Source of the DNA: Candidatus Pacearchaeota archaeon
GTDB taxonomy: Archaea > Nanobdellota > Nanobdellia > Pacearchaeales > GW2011-AR1
DNA length: 64,000 nt
NCBI GenBank assembly: GCA_050124795.1
Contig: JASFEO010000001.1
Coordinates: 26,723 to 90,722 of the forward strand
Direction: 5' to 3'
In this document: piece after piece, positions 19,405 to 28,329 of the stretch
Position numbering within the stretch: position 1 is the stretch's first letter
How the letters are laid out: each line of letters begins with the position of its first letter
Notes under the pieces: model-generated
Database searches by the model: none
Seen by the model: only the letters and a program-made list of their open reading frames with translations
What the model was told of the DNA's origin: nothing
Program-made: the position numbers and the translations under genes

Positions 19405-20760
19405 ATGGTAAAAATCGGTCTGGAAATTCATGGTTATATTAATACAAAAGAAAAATTATTTTGTAGTTGCGACGCTATTCACGGCGTAAAGCACACAAAA
19501 CCAAACATAAATCTTTGCCCAGTGTGCACTGCGCAGCCTGGTTCAAAACCAAACTTGCCAAATAGTGAAGCAATAAAAAAAGCAATTCAAATTTCTTTAA
19601 TTTTAGGTTGCAAAATAAATGAAGAATTAATTTGGCAGCGTAAACATTATGACTGGCCTGACTTGCCAAAAGGCTATCAAAACACTTTGTCCGGTCCGCA
19701 CGCAATTCCCGTAGGTGAAAAGGGAAAATTCATGAACATAAAAATTACTGAAGCGCACTTGGAAGAAGACCCTGCTGCATGGAACCCAAAAACAGGCGAG
19801 ATAGACTACAATCGCTCAGGAAGCCCGTTAATAGAAATTGTAACTGAACCTGATTTTAAAGATTCTGAAACTGTGATAGATTGGCTAAAACAATTAATCG
19901 CAACACTCAGTTACATAAAAGCAATTGACAAAAAGTCGGGAATAAAAGCAGATGTCAATGTTTCAATTGAAGGCGGAAAAAGAATTGAAATAAAAAATAT
20001 TAATGGACTTAAAAAAATAAAATCTGCAATTGATTCAGAAATTGCAAGACAAAAAAAAGACTTGCCTCTGGAGCAGGAAACAAGAATGTTTGATGAAGAA
20101 AAAAACATTACAATAAAAATGAGAAGTAAAGAAGATGCAGAAGATTATCGTTTTATTGCAGACCCTGATTTGCCGGCAATAAAATTAGATAAAAAAAGAA
20201 TTAAAAAATTAAAATCAAACCTTCCTGAAACGCCTGCAGAAAAACTAAAAAAAATAATTAAAAAACATAAAATAGAAAAAAAGTCTGCTGAAATTCTAAC
20301 TAAAAAACTTGACATAGTTAAATTCTTTGAAGAAATCATAGAACGAGCAAATCAAAAATTAGCAATTCGCTGGGTGACTGAAGAACTGTTAAGTGTTTTA
20401 AATTATAATAAATTAGAACTTGAAGACCTTGAAATAATCCCAAATCATTTTATTGAACTACTTGATTTAATTGAGGAAAACAAATTAACAGAATTAAAAG
20501 CAAAAGAAATTTTAAGAAGCTGGACAAAAAAATCAACTTCCCCAAAAAAAGAAATTAAAAAACATTCACAAATTTCAGATAAAAAAGAAATTGAAAAATT
20601 AGCAAAAAAAATAATAAAGAAAAATCCTGAAGCAGTTAAAAATTATAAATCCGGAAAAAAACAATCAATTAATTTTCTCGTCGGGCAGGTAATGCGAGAA
20701 ACAAAAAACAGAGCAGACTTTAAAATTGTAAAACAAGTTTTGGAAAAAGAATTAAAGTAG
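19405..20760 (+). CDS. gatB: Asp/Glu-tRNA amidotransferase subunit B
   Basis: 451 aa; N-terminal IGLEIHGYINTKEKLFCSCD and overall GatB/GatE catalytic-domain pattern; ends with TAG. Confidence 0.8.
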   Translation: MVKIGLEIHGYINTKEKLFCSCDAIHGVKHTKPNINLCPVCTAQPGSKPNLPNSEAIKKAIQISLILGCKINEELIWQRKHYDWPDLPKGYQNTLSGPHAIPVGEKGKFMNIKITEAHLEEDPAAWNPKTGEIDYNRSGSPLIEIVTEPDFKDSETVIDWLKQLIATLSYIKAIDKKSGIKADVNVSIEGGKRIEIKNINGLKKIKSAIDSEIARQKKDLPLEQETRMFDEEKNITIKMRSKEDAEDYRFIADPDLPAIKLDKKRIKKLKSNLPETPAEKLKKIIKKHKIEKKSAEILTKKLDIVKFFEEIIERANQKLAIRWVTEELLSVLNYNKLELEDLEIIPNHFIELLDLIEENKLTELKAKEILRSWTKKSTSPKKEIKKHSQISDKKEIEKLAKKIIKKNPEAVKNYKSGKKQSINFLVGQVMRETKNRADFKIVKQVLEKELK

Positions 20761-20781
20761 AAATTTTGTTATACAAATTTT

Positions 20782-21303
20782 TTATTCACAATTTAAAATT
20801 TCTTTAGTTTTTGCATTAGTGCATGAAACAATTTGCTTTCTATTATTTTCAACTTGCCAGCGGGCAGGCACAATTTCAACTGAATAAAGTATGCCAAAAC
20901 TTGAATTGCTTAAATTAAAAATATTTATTTCATCAGGATCTCCTGGTTTAAATGAATTTTCAGTACCAATAAACTTAACCAAATTTCCAACAACATCCCC
21001 TGTATTAAATGATGACAACTCTTTTGTAGCGAGACTTTGGTCTGTTGAATTTGTCGCATAAATAAAATATCCCCCGACATTGAATTTTCCATTATTTATT
21101 ATAGTTAATTCCAAAATCTGGCTTGTGCAATTATATTCATAATCCTTTAAAAAAAGCGAAGTCTCATCAGGACATGAAGCAACCTCCCTTGGCACATAAG
21201 TTTTCATCCATGAAAAAACCGTAACCCCGATTATAATCGCAAAAGTTATCAATAAAACATATCCAATCATCGGGCTAATTCCTTTTTTATTTTTCATTCT
21301 CAT
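20782..21303 (-). CDS. Archaeal type IV pilin-like protein (class III signal peptide)
   Basis: N-terminus MRMKNKKGISPMIGYVLLITFAIIIGVTVF: basic residues, Gly, then hydrophobic helix, as in archaeal prepilins. Confidence 0.55.
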   Translation of the reverse strand: MRMKNKKGISPMIGYVLLITFAIIIGVTVFSWMKTYVPREVASCPDETSLFLKDYEYNCTSQILELTIINNGKFNVGGYFIYATNSTDQSLATKELSSFNTGDVVGNLVKFIGTENSFKPGDPDEINIFNLSNSSFGILYSVEIVPARWQVENNRKQIVSCTNAKTKEILNCE

Positions 21304-21313
21304 TTTTCATTCC

Positions 21314-21868
21314 CTATCCATATATAACATATTTTTGTCCCTCAATAACCTGCGAAAGTATAAAATAAAAATTCTCCCCTGGATTCAATTCAAAACCAAA
21401 CTCATTAATTTCATCCCCGTAGTGAATCTTTATTGAAATAGTTTCTATATCAAGCGCCCCCTCTTCAAATCCCTGATACTCCACCTGCTGCTTTCTTATT
21501 TCAAGCGGGCTATATTCTCCCTCATTAATTCCAACATCCACAAGCACTGTTTCATTTAATTGCTGGTAACCCATAAAAGTTATATTCTGCGCATTTCCAA
21601 AAATAAAATAAAGTTCCTGCAAATTCCCAATCTTTGAATATTCCTCAATAAACCCATCTAATAAATTCTCCATTTGCTCTATTCCAATATTTTCATTATA
21701 AATACCATAACTCAAAACCTGCGCACTCTCAATTTCAAGTTCCTGACCAATGTCATACGCACGGGTATATTCCTGTGTTCGCGAATAATTTGATACAGCA
21801 GCAAAACCAATAATCAAGACAATAATCACAAGTGCTGCCATAAGATAAAACTGCCCTCTTTTTTCCAT
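21314..21868 (-). CDS. Archaeal type IV pilin-like protein (class III signal peptide)
   Basis: MEKRGQFYLMAALVIIVLIIGFAAV: canonical [KR]G[QA] prepilin peptidase cleavage motif followed by hydrophobic helix. Confidence 0.6.
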   Translation of the reverse strand: MEKRGQFYLMAALVIIVLIIGFAAVSNYSRTQEYTRAYDIGQELEIESAQVLSYGIYNENIGIEQMENLLDGFIEEYSKIGNLQELYFIFGNAQNITFMGYQQLNETVLVDVGINEGEYSPLEIRKQQVEYQGFEEGALDIETISIKIHYGDEINEFGFELNPGENFYFILSQVIEGQKYVIYG

Positions 21869-21907
21869 AATAAAAATTAATCAAAATAAGTTTATATAAG
21901 TTATTGT

Positions 21908-22240
21908 TTACTTTGAAAATCTCCTGCTTACAATTTCCAGTGCTTTTCTTTTCGGGCGCTCCTCATAATCATCGCAATCATTTTCATCTAAAATATCCGC
22001 AAGTTCAATTTGCTTTTTTAATTTCTCCAGATTCTCTGAATCAGTATTATTAAGATTATATTCTATTGTTATGCTTGTGTGGGAAAAAGGTCTTCTTGAA
22101 ACCACTTTTGATTCAGCAAGTTTTTGCCTCGGATTTGACTCTTTGCTCCAGACATGCCCGCCATATAATTCATATTTATCTGGATATTTTTCAACAACAC
22201 TAATATATCCAATTCCATTATTAGTATCTAATGTCCACAT
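21908..22240 (-). CDS. Hypothetical protein
   Basis: 110 aa intact ORF. Confidence 0.3.
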   Translation of the reverse strand: MWTLDTNNGIGYISVVEKYPDKYELYGGHVWSKESNPRQKLAESKVVSRRPFSHTSITIEYNLNNTDSENLEKLKKQIELADILDENDCDDYEERPKRKALEIVSRRFSK

Positions 22241-22294
22241 AAAAAATATAATCTTTTTGTGTTTATATTAATTATCATTCTGTAGAATATATTT

Positions 22295-23122
22295 TTAATT
22301 GTCAAAATCTATTTGTTGATTCCCAATGATCCTGGAATAGATGCTTATCCCCGCGTGTATTGAGCCAAAAAAATATGGAGATAAAATCCCTGTTCTTTTT
22401 TCTTCCGAGGGTTTTCTTTCAATACTCAATCCTTTCTTAAGTGATTTCCTGACTGTATCTGAATTTGTTAAATCTAGTAGGGGGATCATCATCCAATTTC
22501 TTCCCAATTCAAACAATGAATGATTATCATCAGAAATTATTGAGCCAAGGTTTGGATAAATTTTCTTCCACTCCTTATAAAATTCTTCTGCTTTTTTATT
22601 TGGAAAAAAAGGAAAACTTGGTGCCCAGAATCCAGCTAGATTATTATAAACTTCTACAAAATCCAATTGCCTGATTAATTCAGGATATTTTTCAAAATAA
22701 TGCCCAGACCCATAAGGTGAAAAAGGATGGTCAATTCCAACAATTCCTTCTGCATCCTTTGCTTCTTTTATTGAGTCTTCAATAGTTCTCTCGTTTTTTA
22801 TCCTTGTATTTTTGTCATGAGCCAAAACTAAAAGATGGCTTTCAATTCCTTCCTTTGTTCTCGCTAAAACTTCCTGACCATTTATGCAAACTAAATTATC
22901 TTTCTCTGGGACATAAAAGCAATTCCCCAGATCAATTCTTTCATATCCTTCAGGAGATTCTGCAACTTGTTTATACCAACCATTTCCAAAATGTATCTGT
23001 CCGAATATTCCTCCTGGACCGAGCCTTTTGTAGGCAGTATCTATGATTTTGTTAAATGGTTTTTTAACATTAAAACTAGTGAGATGCCCGTGCAATGTTG
23101 CTTTTACTTTTTGTTTTTCCAT
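22295..23122 (-). CDS. Hypothetical protein (possible PHP-like phosphoesterase)
   Basis: 275 aa; HGH near the N-terminus and several D-x-H/H-D pairs; weak. Confidence 0.3.
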   Translation of the reverse strand: MEKQKVKATLHGHLTSFNVKKPFNKIIDTAYKRLGPGGIFGQIHFGNGWYKQVAESPEGYERIDLGNCFYVPEKDNLVCINGQEVLARTKEGIESHLLVLAHDKNTRIKNERTIEDSIKEAKDAEGIVGIDHPFSPYGSGHYFEKYPELIRQLDFVEVYNNLAGFWAPSFPFFPNKKAEEFYKEWKKIYPNLGSIISDDNHSLFELGRNWMMIPLLDLTNSDTVRKSLKKGLSIERKPSEEKRTGILSPYFFGSIHAGISIYSRIIGNQQIDFDN

Positions 23123-23164
23123 TTTCTTAATTTTATCAGAACTCTTTTTCCTTTCAGGTTTTTT

Positions 23165-23427
23165 ATACAGACTCGGGAAGGTTGCTCAAAGCTCACATGC
23201 AGGCTACCTTTATTTTTTCTCAGCTCTGCGACCTGTTAAGCATCTGTGCAAATGTTTAGGGCTGCTACATTCCTGTCCTGACCCGGTTCGCAATTGCAAG
23301 ATCAAAACAGACAAAGCGTCAACGTCAAAATAAAGACCTTCAAACTCACTTGTCACGTCCTTCCTTGCAGTTTGCCATAAAGCCCGTTTGCAAATAGCGG
23401 AGGGCTAACCCGCCAACCTAGTCTGTA
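23165..23427 (-). ncRNA. ffs: Signal recognition particle RNA (7S/SRP RNA)
   Basis: Minus strand contains CCGGGUCAGGACAGGAAUGUAGCAGCCCUAA resembling the conserved SRP helix-8 GGUCAGG...GGAA...AGCAGCC; ends pair (CAGACU...AGUCUG); GC-rich island in AT-rich DNA. Confidence 0.6.
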
Positions 23428-23479
23428 AAAATATTAAAAATAATTAGTTTTTAAAACTATGTTTTTGAGAATTTTCAAA

Positions 23480-25912
23480 TCACTTTTTCTTTTTAATAAC
23501 AGCGATTAACAAAAGAATTAATAAAATCAAAAGAAGCAAGAACATTAAAAGTAATCCATAACCTTGTTTTAGGAATTTTACAAATGCGCTATCTTCAATT
23601 TCCTTTTCTTCTTCCTCCTCAATAAAATATCCTATTCCTGAAAAACCAGGAGTGACTGGTTCGAATATTTCCCTGTGTCCAATAATATTATTGCTTCCTC
23701 CACCTCCTCCGCCACCACCGCCGGAGTTTTTCTTTACGGTTATACTGATATTTGCCTCTGCATAATCATTATCCAAATCATAAAGTCTTAATGTCAATTC
23801 TTCTGTGCCTTTTTCAATTCCTTTAATTGTAAGAACTTTCCTGTCGATTGCCGCATCAAAATAATCACTTTCTTCAATAACTTCCCAGGTTAAATCATCT
23901 CCTGAATCTTCCAAATCATTTTCATAATCTTCCAAATCAATTGTTATCTCTTTATCAATATAAACAGATTCTTCATCATCCATGCCTTCTATCCAGGGCA
24001 AATTATTTCTTATGATTAAATTAACTTCGCTCTGACCTCCTGAACCATCTGTGAAATTAAATGCAAATGCAAATATGTTGCTGTCACCAAAAAAGTCATG
24101 CGTCAATGGAATTAAATTTAACTTGTAAAAATATTCTCCGTTTGAATTTTCAATTTCCCCTAAATCTGCTCTTCCCCCAGGAAGACTCACCAAAGTTGCT
24201 TTTGTTACCATGTCCTCAGCCGGCCCATTGTCTCCAATAACTTTAAATGAAACATAAAAACCTTCTCCTCTGTAAAAATCATAATCTTCATTTAGAAATT
24301 CAGAATCATTAAAAACTTTCAAATCTTTAATTTCATATTTTTCTTCCAAAACTGAATAAGAAAACTTTGGATTTTTATCTAAGTCTGGGTTGGATCCATT
24401 CTTTGTTGCAATTGCATAGACAGTAAAATTCCCAACTGTTTCCTGAAGGTCCTTTACAGAGCAGCCTCCTGAAATTGAATCTGTTGTGCACTTTCCAAAT
24501 AAACTTCCGTCGTTATAATAAACTTTGACCTCTGAATCACTTGCCGGGTTTCCAAAAGAATTCTCAACATAAATACTGCAGCTTTGGTTATTGTTTTCAA
24601 TCACATTTTCAAAACATGTTAAATCTGTAATCTCCAAGGTGTCTTTTTCTGTTCCAATGTTGACTGTCGCTGAATCACTATCCCCGTCAGAATCTTCTAC
24701 TGTGCATGCCGCTGTGTAACTTCCAAAATTTGTATAAGTATGACTTGGGTTTTGCAAATCTGAACTTTCACCGTCGCCAAAACTCCATGAATAAGATAAA
24801 GTTCCATCTCCTCCTGAAGCTTGGCAAGTAAAATCAACATCAAGTGGAACAACTCCTGAATCTGGTGTTGCAGAGATAGTTGTAATTGTCGGCTTCTTGT
24901 CTTCAATAACGTTTATTGAAACTGTTGCTGAATCCTCATCATTATCAGAATCTCTTACAGTGCATGCCGCTGTGTAACTTCCAAAATTTGTATAAGTATG
25001 ACTTGGGTTTTGCAAATCTGAACTTTCACCGTCGCCAAAACTCCAATGATAAGAAAGTTGTCCATTTCCGCTACTTGCAGAACAAGAAAAACTAACTGTC
25101 AAAGGCTCCACTCCTGAACTTGGATTTGCAGAAACTGAATTTATTTCTGGATTTGTGTCCGGCTCATTAATATGAATATCCCCTGTTTTTAAATCAAAAT
25201 TATAACTTAAACATTTTTCTTCATTATCAAGACTTGTGTAAACTCTGATAGTATAATCCCCCGGACTTAAAGTCCTTGAAAAACTAACTTGAGAATTTTC
25301 TGAAAAATCAATTGTCTTTTGTTTTATCTCTGTATAAATAATATCTTCATTTGAATTTTTGATTTCTAAATTAATATCAACTTTTGTTGAATAATGATTT
25401 GTTAATTCCGCAGGTATTACTTTTAACGGACCTGCATTATCTATCGGCGAATCAACAACTGCATTAACATTAACTGTCTGCCCTGAAACTGAAACATCAA
25501 AATTATTAATTGTTGAAATGCATGATTGTTTTCTTGTTAAATAATCTGTATTTGTCAAAGTGCCAGTACCATCATATGTAACTTTTCTTTCATAAGGAAT
25601 GTAACCATTTTTATAAATATAAACTGCATAACCTTCTCCCTGTAAAGTTTCTGGGTATGTAAAGATGAGTGAACTTGAACTTGTGCTTTTTCCCCATAAT
25701 GTCTTTGAAAAACTAGTGCATGCAGAATCAGCGCATACAAATGCAATTGCATTAACTCCATTAACAGGGGTGTTTGTTTTGATAAGATTTTCATTTGAAT
25801 CATAATAAGCATATTTGAAATTATTTTCCTCCGTTACTGTTGCATTAATTAATTGAAAAGAATTCACTAAAAGAATAATTCCAAAGATAAAAAAGAAATT
25901 AATCTTTTTCAT
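23480..25912 (-). CDS. Large cell-surface protein with two PKD domains, Gly-rich stalk and C-terminal TM anchor
   Basis: Signal peptide; duplicated PSHTYTNFGSYTAACTV-DSD-D-DSATV PKD signature; GGGGGGGGS; C-terminal LLLMFLLLLILLILLLIAVIKKKK. Confidence 0.7.
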   Translation of the reverse strand: MKKINFFFIFGIILLVNSFQLINATVTEENNFKYAYYDSNENLIKTNTPVNGVNAIAFVCADSACTSFSKTLWGKSTSSSSLIFTYPETLQGEGYAVYIYKNGYIPYERKVTYDGTGTLTNTDYLTRKQSCISTINNFDVSVSGQTVNVNAVVDSPIDNAGPLKVIPAELTNHYSTKVDINLEIKNSNEDIIYTEIKQKTIDFSENSQVSFSRTLSPGDYTIRVYTSLDNEEKCLSYNFDLKTGDIHINEPDTNPEINSVSANPSSGVEPLTVSFSCSASSGNGQLSYHWSFGDGESSDLQNPSHTYTNFGSYTAACTVRDSDNDEDSATVSINVIEDKKPTITTISATPDSGVVPLDVDFTCQASGGDGTLSYSWSFGDGESSDLQNPSHTYTNFGSYTAACTVEDSDGDSDSATVNIGTEKDTLEITDLTCFENVIENNNQSCSIYVENSFGNPASDSEVKVYYNDGSLFGKCTTDSISGGCSVKDLQETVGNFTVYAIATKNGSNPDLDKNPKFSYSVLEEKYEIKDLKVFNDSEFLNEDYDFYRGEGFYVSFKVIGDNGPAEDMVTKATLVSLPGGRADLGEIENSNGEYFYKLNLIPLTHDFFGDSNIFAFAFNFTDGSGGQSEVNLIIRNNLPWIEGMDDEESVYIDKEITIDLEDYENDLEDSGDDLTWEVIEESDYFDAAIDRKVLTIKGIEKGTEELTLRLYDLDNDYAEANISITVKKNSGGGGGGGGGSNNIIGHREIFEPVTPGFSGIGYFIEEEEEKEIEDSAFVKFLKQGYGLLLMFLLLLILLILLLIAVIKKKK
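24703..25046. repeat. Intragenic direct repeat: about 86-bp identical copies at 24703-24788 and 24961-25046
   Basis: Identical DNA tgcatgccgctgtgtaacttccaaaatttgtataagtatgacttgggttttgcaaatctgaactttcaccgtcgccaaaactcca in both PKD units, 258 bp apart. Confidence 0.8.
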
Positions 25913-25914
25913 TA

Positions 25915-26214
25915 TTATTGTCCTCCAACCCCGTCTGATGAACCCCCGCCAACTCCTCCGCCATTATCATTTCCGCCGTCATTGTTGCCATTATCATCCC
26001 CTTCTCCGTCATTGTCATTTCCATGATAAAGTTGATACTTTTCTATATTTCTTTCCCCGTGTCCGGGACTTCTATCCGGAAGATAATATCTTCGCGGGCA
26101 TCCGCATCCTGTGATTATTGCTGCGCCGACTATTCCTGCTAAACCTGTGCATGCAATTTTTTTTATTGTAGAATAATTTCCCTTCACTGAGTTGTAAATA
26201 TCTTTTATTGCCAT
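25915..26214 (-). CDS. Small membrane-anchored Gly/Asp/Asn-rich low-complexity protein
   Basis: TM IACTGLAGIVGAAIITGCGC then GNDNDGEGDDNGNNDGGNDNGGGVGGG. Confidence 0.35.
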   Translation of the reverse strand: MAIKDIYNSVKGNYSTIKKIACTGLAGIVGAAIITGCGCPRRYYLPDRSPGHGERNIEKYQLYHGNDNDGEGDDNGNNDGGNDNGGGVGGGSSDGVGGQ

Positions 26215-26264
26215 TTTGTTGTAATTTTACAATTAAAACGCTTTATAAATATTTCTATTTCTTT

Positions 26265-27185
26265 TTATATAAGATTTATTAATATAATTAGCAAAACAAT
26301 AAATGTAATCACCCCGATCGCAATAAATGGAAAAATACTTTTTTGATTTTTTTCAGAAACAAGTAATTTTGATTTTGAGATAATTGTACAACCTGTTGAC
26401 TCCGCAGGTTTGTTATATTCGCGGTCACAATTATTTTTATCAACACATGTTCTTGTTCTTATTCCATTGTTGCATCCGGACCAATCTGGGCATTCCCAGT
26501 TGTTTACACAAAAATCCCCAACTAATTTATATCCTGATAAAGAACTTTTTTTCTCATTATCTTCTTCTTTGCATTCTCCATTTTTACAATAATCTTCACA
26601 TTCCTCCACAATTTCTGTTGCACTTTCATTTCTACAAAATCCTGAATTGCAAACAGGAGTTATTAAATCTCTTGCAATATTTTCGGCAGAACAATATTTT
26701 TCTTCATAATAAGACCCCCCGCAATCAGAATTTATTTTGCATTCTGGTTCAAAACAGACTCCGCAATCTATTTCACATCTTGAACAGTCTTCATCATTAT
26801 TGCAAATTCCATCCCCGCAAAAATCAATAGGTTCAGGAATTTCAATTGTGCAATTTTCTGAGCATCCGTCGTTATTTATTAAATTTCCGTCGTCGCATTC
26901 TTCACAAACCTGCTTTATTCCGTCGCTGCAATAATTTGTTATTGTTTTTAATTTGCAGGTATCTGCGCAATATTCACAACTGCTTCCATAATTCGCCCAG
27001 CATAAAAAGCCATTTAACAAGCCATAATCGCATTCCTCAAAATTCTGGTTGACTTCTCCATCTCCGCAAAAATTATCTTCAACAGGATGTGCTAATACAA
27101 AACTCATCAAAGATATTAAAATAAAAATTCCAAAAACAAAAATCAATAACCTTCTTTTAACCATATAAAAACCTAATTCATTCAC
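26265..27185 (-). CDS. Cys-rich-repeat type-I membrane protein
   Basis: N-terminal TM/signal; repeats FCGDGEVNQNFEECDYG, CSDGIKQVCEECDDGNLINNDGCSENC, FCGDGICNNDEDC; C-terminal TM IFPFIAIGVITFIVLLIILINLI. Confidence 0.6.
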   Translation of the reverse strand: MNELGFYMVKRRLLIFVFGIFILISLMSFVLAHPVEDNFCGDGEVNQNFEECDYGLLNGFLCWANYGSSCEYCADTCKLKTITNYCSDGIKQVCEECDDGNLINNDGCSENCTIEIPEPIDFCGDGICNNDEDCSRCEIDCGVCFEPECKINSDCGGSYYEEKYCSAENIARDLITPVCNSGFCRNESATEIVEECEDYCKNGECKEEDNEKKSSLSGYKLVGDFCVNNWECPDWSGCNNGIRTRTCVDKNNCDREYNKPAESTGCTIISKSKLLVSEKNQKSIFPFIAIGVITFIVLLIILINLI

Positions 27186-27224
27186 TTTAAAAATATAATT
27201 GTATCAGAAAATATATTTTAAGAA

Positions 27225-28226
27225 TTACCTCTCCTCTTTCTTTAACTCACTCATTTTCACAACCTTAATTGGTTTTGACTTTTTCTTGCCCGAAGTTTTC
27301 TTCTTAACAGACTTTGTATTTTTCTTTTCTCCTTTTTTAGACCTTGCATAAACAACTATCCCGATAATTAAAAGAACCAAAAGTAAAACCACTTTACCTG
27401 TTTTTGATTTAGCTAAATCTGAAATCACATTTCCTGTTGAAGAACTTTTTTCATTATTTGTTTCTTCTGATTCTAACTTACTTAAATCAGTCTCTTGTGT
27501 TTGTGTTGTGTTTGCTCCATCCTCTGTTGATAATGCTTGTGTTGGCAATCCTCCACCTGAAGAACTACCTCCTCCGCCACCGCCAGATGAGCCTCCTCCG
27601 CTTGAACTTCCTCCTCCTGATGAAGAAGATGAACTGCTTGAAGAAGGTGCAGTGCAGTTTGAAATGTCATAAGTGCAAGTTGGAGAACATCCTAACTCTC
27701 CTGAATAGCCGGACAATCCATAATAATAAAGCATAACACTCTCACAAGTTGCATGTAAAGAAAAATTTCCTCCATCACACTGTTCACCTGCATTTGAATT
27801 CAAATCTCCATTTCCGCAAGGATCATTTGAAGGAATTTCTTCATCAAAATATAAATCTAAAGTAACTTTTTGACCTCTTTCATCTTCATAATTATTCCAT
27901 GAACTTTTATTCAAAGATTCAACTCCATTTATTATAAAAGTAATTTCTCCATAATAATTTGGGTCCCCTGTCGATACTTGAAGTCCTGAATAATTAGAAT
28001 TAAAAATATCAAGAACAGCAACAGGTTCATTATTAATTATTGCTCTCAAAGAATATGTTCCATTTTCTAAAAGAGTTCCATTAACATAGATTTCTCCTGA
28101 AAAAATCTTTGGCGGGCCTCCTGGTTGAACTAATATATCTGCTAGGATAAAACTAGTTAAAAAGATTAATGCAACCCACAATAATAAAATATTTTTTCTC
28201 ATGCTTTTCTCAAAGATTTTTTCCAT
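27225..28226 (-). CDS. Secreted/type-I membrane surface protein with Cys-rich repeat, Gly/Ser linker and basic cytoplasmic tail
   Basis: Signal peptide; CGNGDLNSNAGEQCDGGN; SSSSSSSSSGGGSSSGGGSSGGGGGG; TM VVLLLVLLIIGIVVYA; Lys-rich tail. Confidence 0.6.
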   Translation of the reverse strand: MEKIFEKSMRKNILLLWVALIFLTSFILADILVQPGGPPKIFSGEIYVNGTLLENGTYSLRAIINNEPVAVLDIFNSNYSGLQVSTGDPNYYGEITFIINGVESLNKSSWNNYEDERGQKVTLDLYFDEEIPSNDPCGNGDLNSNAGEQCDGGNFSLHATCESVMLYYYGLSGYSGELGCSPTCTYDISNCTAPSSSSSSSSSGGGSSSGGGSSGGGGGGSSSGGGLPTQALSTEDGANTTQTQETDLSKLESEETNNEKSSSTGNVISDLAKSKTGKVVLLLVLLIIGIVVYARSKKGEKKNTKSVKKKTSGKKKSKPIKVVKMSELKKEER

Positions 28227-28329
28227 TTAAAAAGATTGTTGTCCTTAATAAATTATTTTGTAGTTGTATTTAGTATTCACTAACTTGTTAAAAAATAAAA
28301 GAAAAAGAAAATAAAATTGTTTTAGTTAA

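Noticed and set aside
22967-23333. ORFs 22967..23239 and 23043..23333 (+)
   Set aside because: They cover the GC-rich block better explained as SRP RNA on the minus strand; no RBS or protein-like composition.
23480-25912. PGF-CTERM archaeosortase signal in the PKD protein (PGFSGIG...)
   Set aside because: The PGF tripeptide is about 30 residues upstream of the TM helix rather than immediately before it, so a plain C-terminal TM anchor is the safer interpretation.
26384-27052. Plus-strand ORFs inside the Cys-rich membrane protein gene
   Set aside because: Antisense frames of a confident gene.
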